64,000 nt of DNA from Diplonema japonicum (lineage: Eukaryota > Protista > Euglenozoa: Diplonemea), in the NCBI GenBank assembly GCA_964019335.1, contig OZ025691.1, positions 248,001-312,000 of the forward strand, in the 5' to 3' direction. Shown here in pieces: positions 42,772 through 54,749 of the stretch. A program made the translations under genes and the position numbers. Each line of letters opens with the position of its first letter. The first letter of the stretch is position 1. Below the pieces are notes generated by a model, which saw only the letters and a program-made list of their open reading frames with translations, was not told the origin of the DNA and ran no database searches.

Positions 42772-45700
42772 CAGTGAGCACTCCCATGCACATTGAAACT
42801 TTATCGATTTTTTTATTAAAGGCGTCCTGCCACATACCGCAGGTACCCTTAAATGTTTCTTTTTTATTTTTTTCCATTTTTCTTCCCATTCATTTCTATT
42901 TTTTTTTTTTCATTTTCCCCCCAACCAACCTTGAGGGAGGGGGGAAAATGTGAAGGAGAAAGCATGAAAAAAAAAAAGGAAGTCAACAAAAAAAAAAAAA
43001 CTCTTTTTTTTTTTCCCCTGAACTTCCTCAGTCCTTTGCTTTGACCTTCTCCCCCTCCCCACTGGCTACCGTGGCGATTTTCTTTATCAAAAAGATTTTT
43101 TTAAAAACAAAAAAAAAAGAAAGGAAATACCTTTTTTACCTTGTACCCCGCCCTTTCTCAAATTTCTTTTTTTTTTGGGGATTTTTTAGAACAAAAAAAT
43201 AAATAAATATTGCAGCAACAACAAGTTCCCAAAACAAAATTCAAGGGCTTATGTACCTAGGCCAAACTCATATAATAACGCTCCCTCCCCTCTCTCTCTC
43301 TCTCTCTCTCTCTCCCCCCCCCCCCCCCCCCCCTTCTTTATTTTTTATACTCTCCCTTCTACTCTCTGCGATCTCTTTCAAATTGCTTACAAAAGAAAAA
43401 AAAAGAAGAAGAAACAAAAAAAAAACCCCCTGTTAAAAAGAAAATCTTTTTTTTTTTGTAGTGCAATTGATTTTTTTTTCTCTTCTTCTTCTCTATTTTA
43501 TTCCTCGGCCACTTTGGTCTAGCTTTTAACAAAAAAAAAAAAAAAAAAAAAGAAGGGCGAAAAAAAAAGAGAAAGAAAAAAAAAGAGAAAGAAAAAAAAG
43601 AAACAGTATTCAGAAAGAATGGCAGAAAGAAAACTTGAATGGTAACCATTTACCGACGGCCCTGATATGGCCAATTATACGGTATTTGAACACGAGTGAG
43701 ACAAACACACAAATTCAATATTTTGACAAATACCTAATATTTGACCATGCAAGGTCTGTTAGTGGATTGATGAAGTAGAAAGAACGAAAGAAAGAAAGGA
43801 AAAGAAAAGAAAAAAAAAAAACTATTTTTGGAAAAAAACTTTTTTATTTTGGTCTTTTCTCGGAGCAGGAAAGGGAAGGGGGGGGACAAAGAATGCATAT
43901 TTCGACAGGGGGAAAAAAAAGAAAAAAGAAAAAGAGGGGAGAAAATGGAAAAGAAAGGGGGAGAAAAAAATATGAGAATAATAGGCATCTACTTTGTCAC
44001 ATTTCTTGCTTCTCTGTTGCAAGGGTAAGGCTGTTTTAACACATAGGGAAAAAAGAAGGCTATAATGCCCCCCCTCCCCCACCTTCTTGTTTCTTCTTAT
44101 TGTGGAAAAATGACAAAGAGATGATAATTCAGTAAGATGCGAAAAAGAAAAATGGAAAAAAAAAACGAGTTTTTTTCCCCCATCCATTTTTCTCTCCCTT
44201 CTTCTTCCTTTTCTCTCTCTTCTTTTTTTTTTTTTTTTTTTTTTTTTTTGCTATTCTTGCCCAAAGGCCCAACACGCTGTCCCCCCCCCCCCCCCCCTTT
44301 TCTCCCCAATTCGTTTTTCGTCCCATAATGCTATATTTTTGTTTTTTTCTTTATTCATATTAAAAGTGAGCCGTTCTTTTTTCTTTTTTCTTTTTTTTCC
44401 CCTGCAGAATTCTCTTTTTTTCCAATTCTCGATTTTCGTTTTTTTTATTTCAGGAAGAGGGAACTGATATGTATTGCTGTTCGCTCTCCTAGTTCTTTTT
44501 TTTTTTTTTTTTGTTTTTTTTTTTTTTTTTTTTTTTGTATTTTACCCCTTCCCAGGAGTGGAAACAACTGAAGTCATCTCAATTAAAAAAAAAAATAAAA
44601 AAAGAGTGGGGCAGGGTAATAGAGCGAGGGACGAAAAAGAAAAAATCAGTTTACCTTTTTTTCTCCCCCCTTCTTCGGAAGAAAGATCAGGTAAAATTTT
44701 GATATTTTTTTTTCCATTGTGTGTCGCGGAACTGCTGAATGTGGTCTCAGTTCAAAAAAAAAAGGGGGGGTGAGGGAAAAAAAATGGAGGGGAAACGAAA
44801 TTACGGGGAAGCATCCTGCAAAGTTTTTTTTTTTTTTTTTTTTTTTTTTTTGCCCTCCTGAGTTCCTCTCTACTCCTTTTTCTCTTTCTGCTTCTGTTTT
44901 TTTTTTGTTCTTTCGCTAAAAAGCCCCAGAAAAAAAAAATGAAATAAAAAAAGGGGGCAACAAGAAAACAGGCACGTTCCCCCCCCCCCCCCCCCCCCCC
45001 TCAGTTGTGAGAATACGATTTTTTCTTTTAAAAAAAAACACGCACTAGGGAAAGTGGGATCCGCTATTATAAAAAAAAAAGAAATAAAAGAAAAAACTGC
45101 TAACGTGAAGGAACAGATTGTGTTTGGAAAAAAAGAAGAAGAAGAAAAAAAAATATTTTGTCGATTTGGGAAATGATGAAGATTTTTTAGAAGCTTTTTT
45201 TTTTTTTTTTTTCCTATGTTCCTTATAGTACCAAAAAGACGAATTTTTTTAGACTTGAATTTTCTTTTGTGTCAAAAAAAAAATGAAAGAAAAAAATAAA
45301 TGAAAGAGAAAAAGAAATGAGGGTAAAACAAATAGAATGAAATACCGCCCCACCGTCCCTTTTGCACAATCCTGTTAAAAGAAAAAGAAGGGAGGGGAAC
45401 TTCTCAAGAGATTTAAAAAAAAAAAAGGAAATAAAGTTGAAAAGGTAAGAAGAAGGATTTTGACAATTAAAAAAGAATTCAAAATGATAGTTACTTTTAA
45501 AAAAAGAAAAAGAAAGCAGCAGGGAGAGGGTGAAAAAAAAATAAGATTTTTTTAAGAAAACAAGGGAAGGAGGCGCACCAAAGTGCCACTGTGCTTTTTT
45601 GCATTTTTTTTTCTTCTCTCTTTATTCTTAGTTCCGTATGCATAGGTTCACAAGGGATCAGGGAAGGAGTGAGTAAACAGGTAAAAAGAAAGGTAACCAA

Positions 45701-46344
45701 CTCTGTAGCTTTGAGCCAGTTTCGGCATATATAAGTAACAGTGACTTGGCTGCTGGACAGCGGTCATATCACCGTCGTAGCCACACCGAAATCTCAAGCA
45801 TTTTTTATTTCTTTCTTTTTTACATTTTTTTCACCCTTTTGTTTACCCCCCCTGTATTCTCTGAGGCACATAGAGTAGGAAAAAAACCCCCCCCCTTTTT
45901 TTAAAAAAAACCCATTTTCCTCCTTTCCCCCCCCCTTTTTTTCCCCTGTCTTTTTTTTTCTTCTTTTTTTCTTCATAACCTTTTATTTTCCCCTTCTTCT
46001 TTTTTTTCTAATATTTTCTTTTTTTCTCTTTCCCCCCCCCCCCCCCCCCACCCCCCCTTTTCTTTACAGGTATCCTCTCCCCCCTCTTAAGAGGGAAAAA
46101 ATAAGAAAATATACGCTGCAAGGAAGAGGAGGACAGGTGAGAAGAGGGAGGGGAAAAAAAGAAATTGCAAAAGTTGTAGCTTACCCCCCCCGGATCTATT
46201 TCTCCCTAATGGGCTGGAATAAAGGGGGGGAGGTTCAAAAAAAAAAGGCATTTTCTTTTGTCCTTTCCTATTTTTTTTAAAAAAAAAGATTTTTTTTGGG
46301 TAAAGGGGTAAAACTTCTCATGCATGGGGCAAAAGTCTCTTTGT

Positions 46345-46396
<52 letters not shown>

Positions 46397-47415
46397 ATTT
46401 ATCCCTCTCCTCTTTGAGAAATTTCCCTCAATAACGTTTTTGAATTTTTTTAAAAAAAAAAAGATTTTTTGAGTTCCCAATTTTTTTTTCTCTCCCCCCT
46501 CCCTTTTTTTTTCCCTTTTGAGGGTTCTTTTTTTCTAATAAAAAAAACACGGGACTGGGCGTGTTGGCTCTCTTTTTTTTTCTCTTTCGGGTTCCCCTTC
46601 CCATCACCCTCTGCTCATCTTCTACTTCTCCTGGCGCTCATATAGTGCCTAGTCACACGCTCTATGTGTGTGCCCCTCCCCCCTAGGCATACGTTTATGT
46701 GGTTACAAATCAGTGCTCTCTGTTATTGGTGAACCACTGTCTTGAGCCTAGCCACATGCCCTATAGACAGACTCGTGCAGCGCAGTATGCCTAAGGGATC
46801 GATTTTGCCTAAAACATGGGGAGAAATCTCATTTCCCCCCCCCCCCCTCTTTTTTTCTTTGTAGCGCGAAGACATTTCATATGTTTTTCGGGTCCCCCCC
46901 TTGAAAACCTTTGGGGGGTCTTAAAGCACACATGCATTAAAAATCTTTTAAAAAAAAAAAAAAAAAAGTCGCCTTCACGAAAAAGTCGCGCGCTCGGGGG
47001 TTTACCCCCCCTTTTTGTACCAAAGCAACGGAAAAAATTAATTTCTCCTAGGACTTTTGACACCATCCCCCCCCCAAAAAAAAGTTCCCTTCCTTCTCAT
47101 CTATTCTACACATTTTTTTTTTTTTTATAATTTTTCTTTTTTTTTTCGCATCTACACCTTAAACCTACCCCCCGCTTTTCCTACTCATCCCTTCCACACC
47201 CTTTCCCCTTTTATTTATTTTACCTTCTCTCTCTTTTCAGCTCCCTCCCTCTTTTTTTTTTTCTTTTCTTCTTCCCCCTTTCCCCCTCCCATTTTTTCTT
47301 TTTTAATAAGCCCCCCCTTTTTTTTAGTTCTTTTTTTGATTTTCCTTCAACTCGCCACTTATGAAACACAGGGGGAAAAAAAAAGGGAGAGGGGGGGAGG
47401 CGGGAAAATAAAAAA

Positions 47416-47637
47416 ATGCCGTTCACAAAGATAAGTTATAACAAGTACATAGGCCCATATTGTCAGGAGAGTAACAGGGTACACGACTCGCTAAATTTTG
47501 TTTATGGGACTTGCAAGCAGACCGGGTACGGGGCTGTTCTGGGCAGGCTTCGGGGCGGAAACGATGTGTTTGTGCCAAAAGGCGACACCATATGGATAAA
47601 GAATGGAACGAAAATGCCCGGTGCGAGCCTCCCTTGA
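47416..47637 (+). CDS. Small hypothetical protein (73 aa)
   Basis: Complex-sequence island between a pyrimidine tract/A-rich leader and a poly-A spacer; ATG and stop bracket the island. Confidence 0.55.
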   Translation: MPFTKISYNKYIGPYCQESNRVHDSLNFVYGTCKQTGYGAVLGRLRGGNDVFVPKGDTIWIKNGTKMPGASLP

Positions 47638-47711
47638 GAAGAAAAAAAAAAAAAAAAAAAAAGAAAAAAGAAAAAAAGGTACACCTTTTCCCCTTTACAC
47701 GGCGGTGTCTC

Positions 47712-47748
<37 letters not shown>

Positions 47749-47753
47749 CTCTG

Positions 47754-47791
<38 letters not shown>

Positions 47792-47795
47792 AAAA

Positions 47796-48927
47796 ATGTA
47801 TGTTGTACTCACGATCGCTGCCATGCTATCAGCCCCTTTAGGTGCTTCAATACGAGTAGCAGGGACTTCATACAAGTTGACACACGGGTTTGACCTCGCA
47901 ATGTGCAAGGCGGTCGTGGCAGAGATGGTAACAGAGGTACAAAAACACGACTTGAAACAGAACGGAGAAGAGGACATATTCGACACAGCAGGAATGGCGA
48001 TCTGCCTCGGTGTCGTGAAGAACTACGCAATGGACGCACGAAAATCGGGAAAATGGGGTCTACGCAAAAAAACACAACCGGAAAAAGAAGCAGAAGAAGA
48101 AGGCCACATCGGCGACATGACGGCCATGCTGCTCCTGAAGGAAGCATGCTTTGCATTTGCCGACGAGCTGCAACAAGAAATCTCCGAGACTATCTACAAG
48201 CACGTATCGGTGAAATCAGCAGAACAGCTAGGAAACGACTTCTGCCCCCGGGCGACAGAAGACAAAAAAAAAAAGAAAAAAAAGAAGAAACCATCCAAAA
48301 AACCCGTTCAAACAGACCCCGAACAGGCAGAAAGGGCCCAATACGAAAAATTCATGAACGGCATGGGGGGCGATGGCTCAATGTACGATATCATTAAGCA
48401 AGACCGTGATTCACCAGAAGAAACGCTGACCGACGATGACCAAGCCGAGATCACCACCGCTTCGAAGGCCCTTCAATGTAGAATCTGCACTACTGCAGTA
48501 TCTCTTGCCTACAAACAGTCAGGATCACGTACTGACGAGGCCGTGGCTTCAGAAGCGGTGCAGAGAGCTTTTTTCGGTCTGGCCGACGACGAGTCAATGG
48601 ACTACAAGCCCGGGAACCCCCCTGACTGGTCTCAAGACTATGTCGTCACACGTGGGAAGAAAACAGGCGATTTCCAGCTTAAACACTCCCCCGTTAAGTC
48701 CGAACAGCTTCCCTACACCGACCGTATCAAGAGGAACGTTGTCATTGCACAGGTTTTCTTTTTTTTTTTGAAACAAAACCGTATATTCTCAGGCATGTCG
48801 ACGTTCGTTCTCTCTCACAGACGATGACCTTGGGGAGATGCTGGTTTTACACGCGGCCTGGTCTCCCGAGCAGCTTGGGGCAGTATTTTGCAAGCCTGTC
48901 TGCGGGGCACCGCACGATGAGCTGTGA
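47796..48927 (+). CDS. ER-lumenal saposin-like/canopy-like protein ending in HDEL; 2 exons, ~363 aa
   Basis: Signal peptide and two Cys-patterned helical modules. Intron 48753-48792 gives ...FCKPVCGAPHDEL*. Confidence 0.75.
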
Positions 48928-49008
48928 TATTTCTTTTCTTTTTTTTTTTGTTTCTTTATTTTTAAGATTTTTATTTCTCAAAGATTCTTAGAAACAACAA
49001 AGGAGAGA

Positions 49009-52000
49009 ATGGAGGTGGAGCCACACCCACCACCCGACACTGGTTTCAACGACCCCCGAAGGGAATGGGAGGTCCTCCTCGAGCTAGCCAGACGTCATGA
49101 AGAGCGTGGCGACATCTCGCAAGGCTTGGCCGTACGAGAACAAATGCTGCTGGCTGCGAAAGCAGCCTTCGGAGAGGACAGCGAGGAAGTAATGCGTGGA
49201 ACGGAGTCCTTCGTCATCAGATGCAATCAAATGGCCATGACACTGCTTCAGGAAGGCGACCCTGACGGTGCCTTCAGCCTGCTTCGCAAGGCGGAGATGC
49301 TAACCGACAAGAATAGCAGCCTGCAAAGCGTGCCCGCAGCTCGTCTCAAATGCCGTGCGGTGACCCTTAACAACCTCGGCCTTTTCTACCGTCATAGAGG
49401 ACAGCACCATGCGGCCCTGACATACCTCGAGCAGGCTCTTGAGATCGAGAGTGGAACGGCCGATAGTCACAACGAAAACCCCGCTGCCACGTTGTTGAAC
49501 CTGTGCTCTGTGCACTCCTCGCTGGGGAGACACCATGTCTCGCTGAAGTACGCCAAGCGTGCGCTGGCATCGCTTAGGCGAAAGGGGAAGAAGGCGGCGA
49601 AACTAGGTGCGCCGATCGCCCCGTCGCATACTTCGATGCTCGCAGTGGCGCACCATGCTATCGGCTGCCAGTACGAAGGCATGAAGGTCTACCACAAGGC
49701 CGCTGCTGAATTCGTTTCCGCCGTCGTGCTTGCCAGGCAAGCAAACGTCGACTCGTCTGCCTATAAAACAGCATACAACAGCGTCATCCACAAGGCAAAG
49801 CTCTCGGGCAAGGTCTCCGAGGCGGTGCTTCCACAACTCCCACCCGAGCCACGGGATGCAAAACGGCCTTCGACCTCAAACCCGGCGAGTAGGGGGTTCA
49901 GACATGGGCTTCCCACAGTGCACTCCGCACCAGCACACCGGCGCACATCATTCAGCACTCCGAACAGCACTCGCCCGTCTCGTCCCACAACAGCAGGCAC
50001 TGCTGCAGCGGGAAGACAAGACAGCGGCGCACTGTACAAACAGCCGTCTCTTGCTCAACAGCAGGCAGCCATGTGGAGTACGAAGAAAGGACAGCCCAGC
50101 CCCTACGCACCCCATCACCCCCCTTCCAGCAACCCCCGGCTGCGCGTCGCCAAGCAAGCATATGAACTGATCTACAAACCGGCACCATCCCTTGCGCATG
50201 ACCTCTCTAGCAGCCACAAGAAAGCTCTCAAAGAACTCGACCAGCTTTCCAGGGAACACCTCATGAACGCGCAAGAGCTCGTGCCCATGCCCCCGCCTCC
50301 CACGCAGCCGCACGTACCGCAGCATGTCCGAGCATCCCCCGTGTCCCAGGTCAGGATGGGGCAGTTGCAGAGACCGCAGGTAGACACGTACGCGATGCAG
50401 TCGGAGGAGCCTGAGTCCCCCCTACTCACACCGGCTGCACCTGCCCACTCTCCGAAGGCCTCGAGGCCACAGACTGATGGTCCATATCCTCGTCGAACTG
50501 CGTCGCCAACGAATCGAAGCGTGCGCCCTGCATCGCCGGTAAGGCCGTCAGGCATGGCGTTACAGCACCGCTACAGGGACACACCCTTGAGTGTCCCTTC
50601 TCACGCTGTGGCAGCAGCGTTTGGCATCTTGGTAGCTGCTATCCCCCACACTGCAGTATCTGAAGAAGATACTAGCAGCCCGCTACCAAGCACCCTCCCC
50701 TCCCTAGTTGACGAACACGCTGCGCTGCCTGATGCAATCCCGCAGGACGGTGTGTTGCAAACGATCAGTAGCTCCGTGTCGATGCGGTCGGTTAACTCTC
50801 GCGGAGAGGAGTTTGCGCCGCCAGAAGAGTCGCAGGAGGAAGAGTTCCAAGTGAGGAGCCCGCTGTGCGAACAGGTGCAAGAACAGGAGGAGCAAGAGGA
50901 GCCACAACCGCAAACACAACCACAATTACAACTTCCAAAGCCACAGCAGCAGCCGCAACCACTGGAAGAGCCGTCGCCAACAACAAGTTTGGATATCGAG
51001 CGACAATCGTTAGCATGTCTGCCGTCACCAGTACCGCCAGCTTTCATTGCGGAGTCCAGTGCTCTAGCATGCGTGGAAGTGAGCGCTGTTGCACCAAGCC
51101 ACAACAAGGAGCTCGTTGCTAAAGTAGTGGCACTAGGGTCCAAGCTGAACAGCCTGCACGACAAAATCCTCCAAGGCTACAACACAGGAGGGACGAGGAT
51201 ACGGCTGGAGCGTGAGAAGATCCGACAGGTGAAGATGGCAGCGGCGGTGAACATCCAGCGTATCTGGAGGGGCAGGCTGGGTAAGAAGCAATGGGGCTTT
51301 AAGAGAAACGAGATTAAGGAGGCCAAGGCAAGACACGCCGAGCACGTGAAAAGGTGCAACAAGGCGGCATGCGCCATACAGCGAGCCTGGAAGATGTATG
51401 CTGCAATCTCTGTTGCAAGGGCGATCAGGCAGGAGAGGTACATGCGGCACACGGCGTTCATTGCTAAGTCGGTTACGTGCATGCAATGTTTTGCACGCAT
51501 GCAATTAGCAAGGAAGAAAGCTCATGCAAAAGGTGTGTCTGCACTGTTGAGTGCGGTGCACCTTGCGCAGGCACGGTGGAGGGGCGTTGATGCGCGCACA
51601 AAATTCAGAAAGCTGAAAAGCGAATGGCAAGAGAAGCGCAAGGTATCCCTCACAACCACAACCCTTGCTAATCCACACCACAACAGATCATCGAGTTCGG
51701 CAGCGCAACACGCATCCAAGGATGGTGGCGGAGGATGCTTGCCGTTCGTGCAAGGGAGGAGTGCTACAAGGAGCAATGGGAGGTATACCGCACCCGTATC
51801 AAAAAACCACACACGTCATCAGGAGCTCGTGAGCGAAGAAAAGCCATTGTTCGCAGTCGGGCGCATCAAGCTCTGGTGGAAGTGGATGCAGTTTGAGAAG
51901 AAATTCGTCGCAGAAGTCAAACGGGTGTCCATGGAAAAGGAACGTGCTCGCCAGGTAACACACACGTTAACTTCTTAAACCCTTTCGCAGGTCACGGCAC

Positions 52001-54421
52001 AAGTAGAGTACCTTCAGAGACTGCAGTACTCCTCTGCAGTTGCTGTGCAACAAGCCTTTCGAAGATACCTCGCAAAGAGGCAGCTGCGATACCTCCAGAT
52101 CACGAGCCTTGAAAGCAAGGTATGAACACGCAGTCTTCTCTCTTGCCACGCACACACAGATCTCATACCTCGAGCATGAGGAAAAGGAGTACGCGGCAAG
52201 CGTGCTTCAAGCATTTTGCAGAGTAGTGCGTGCAAAGTGCAGCATTGAGAGACGAAGGAAAGAGGTGTGTAATTTAACAACTCAACTCGACAAAGAAATA
52301 AAAAAAAAACAGGTAGCGGAGTTCGAAGCGCTCAAAGCTTGGAAGAAGGAGAAGCTGATCCAACAAGAGGCGGAGCTGCAAGCCATGCAGCGTGTCGAGC
52401 GTGCTGTCATCAAACTGCAATCTATCTGGCGGGGCCACTTCTACAGGAAGCAGGACCACGAGAAGAAACTGCACGAGCTCTTGGAGTGGGAGGCGGGCAT
52501 CGCCGAACATGCAACGAACATCATCAAAACATGGAAGGGTTATCTCGTTAGGAAGAATGTGCGGCATAAATGGGTCCACGCACTGTACATAACTAAAATG
52601 GTGTGCAAAATACAGCGTGCTTGGAGGATATCCAAGGCCAAACGATGCTTGAGGCGGAGTGTCGCAAAGAGGAATAAGGAGACAGCCCGACGTGTGCTGG
52701 AGGAGAAGCAGGAGTACTCCGCACGCATAATCGCAAAGGCGCTACGGAGGAACTCCCTTTCACGGCAAGAGGTCCGTGTCGAGGTCGTGCAAGCCTTCGC
52801 TAGGTCCAAGCTGTCGACGTTTGTCCAGCACTACAACATGCTCGTCGCACGCATTGAAGCGTGCAAAAAGGAGCTGCTGGCCGCCATCACCATCCAGCAG
52901 TGGTGGCGCGTCGTGCAAGTGAAACGCCTGCTGCAACACAACCTCAACCTGCGGGCCCTCCGGCAACAATACGAAAAAGAACACACAGCCGCCGTGATGT
53001 TGCAGTCCCTTTGGCGTGGCACCGCCCATAGATCCCACTGCCATAAGTTCAAAAGCGCTGTCACCATCCAGCGGTTTGTCAGAAGAAGGCAAGCAGCGCA
53101 AGCTACCACAGCCCATCGCATAGCCTTAGGGGTTTCACTGGAGCACGAAGCATGTATAATGGAGTACTCCCTTCTCTTGATGCAGAGCTACTGTAGAGGA
53201 AAGCTCAGCAGGATGCTCTGCAGAGACGTCATCGCAGAGCGTTGTACGCAAATCGAGCTGCACTACAAAAAGAAGGCACGGCGGAACGAGATGGGCGAGA
53301 CGAGGTGGCAGGCAGCCAGCACGGTACAACGTGCGTGGAGAAGCTGTGCGGCAAGGGAGGAGGCAGGGAGGCGGTGGGCCATGCGAATCGTGCAGAGAGT
53401 AGGGCGTGGGACAGCAGCCAGGATCAAGACAGGGATGGCCGCACACTGCAATGCAACGGTTCTGCAGCAGTACGCGAGGGCGAAGCTCGCACTCGATGAA
53501 GTCCATGAAATGATACTGAAGCGCGTGGCACACGGCGTGGTGGGGGGCATCGTGTCCAATGCAGCTCTCATAATCCAGCAACAAGAGACAAGGAACCACG
53601 CCGCAACGGCAATACAATGCGCACTGCGGGGGTGCAAAGCACGTCGCTTGGTGGTCCTGTTGCGCGCCGTGAAAAAGTTAACCCTAGACGACATGGTGCG
53701 AAACGACGCAGCGTGCGTGATGCAAAGGTTCGCGCAGAGCATCGCTGCAAGCAACGAAATCGACGATAGACGCATGCGGGTGCTGAGAAAGCTAGAAGAA
53801 AACGTTCAACAAGACGCAGCAGTGCTGATACAGGCCTGCTGGAGGATGAGGGCGGTCAGGAAACAACACATACAACAAAAACAAAAAGAGAAAAGAGCAG
53901 CATGCGTGGTATCGAGTGCCATAAAGGTAAACTACAGCAAGAAAAAGAGTGCGAGACTACGAGCCGTGAAACTAAGGGCACAACGACAGGTTGTGCGGGA
54001 TGAGGCTGCGAACACCATCCGAAGCCTGTTCATGATAGCTAGAGAACGCAGCAGAGTGGCCTCATGGAAGAATGCAAGGTTCGGCAAGCACAAGCAGGTC
54101 CGTGACAGCGATGCAGCTGCAGTTATTCAGACCTCGTGGAAGCACCACATGGCAAGGGTTACAACTTCAAAAAGATCCCATGACCGGACGTCAGCTATTC
54201 TGGAAGATGATGCCGCGGTGGTCATCCAATCCTTTTACAGAGGTACAATCGGAAGAAGATTCTGCCGAAGGCTGCAAGCTGCGCGTTGCATTCAGTGTGC
54301 CTACCGTTCCTTTGTTGCACGAAAGGCTGTCGCCCAAACTAGACTCGCGCTCAATCAGCTCCTCCTTATCCAGGAGGCTGAAGAGCACGTGGTGTTTCGT
54401 TCTACTCAAGACACTCTTTGA
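49009..54421 (+). CDS. Large TPR plus multi-IQ-motif (calmodulin-binding) protein, multi-exon
   Basis: TPR motifs AVTLNNLGLFY and AATLLNLC; many IQxxxRG motifs. Introns 51643-51686, 51783-51822, 51955-51990, 52120-52159 and probably 52265-52312 join ORFs 49009 and 52040. Confidence 0.8.
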
Positions 54422-54749
54422 CATCCGGTACTTTCTTCTTCTTCTGTGAATTGAAAAAGAGAGGAAAAAAAAAGAAACGATACAAACATATTCTTCCTTT
54501 CTTTCCCTATTTTAAGTATTCTCCTCTTTCTTCCCCCCGCTATCGTTTATTCCTTTATGGCTAGTTTTTATTGCCCCCCCCCTTTTTCCTGTTCCCGTTT
54601 CTGTTTAATTCGTTTGTACTAATTTTCTTTTCTGTTTTTGTTTTACTCTCTCCCCTCCCCTTCATTCTTTAGTCCACGTACATATTAAATTGTGCGTTTT
54701 CCATCTACTAACTAACAACGACAAACCACCCGTTTAGGAATGCGGCGAA

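Noticed and set aside
46622-46640. CTACTTCTCCTGGC resembling the U1 snRNA 5' end
   Set aside because: The ACTTACC recognition sequence is not intact, and no U1-70K or U1A loop motifs follow.
48261-48292. A-rich run in the HDEL protein as a possible intron
   Set aside because: No flanking GT donor; it reads as a genuine in-frame Lys tract.
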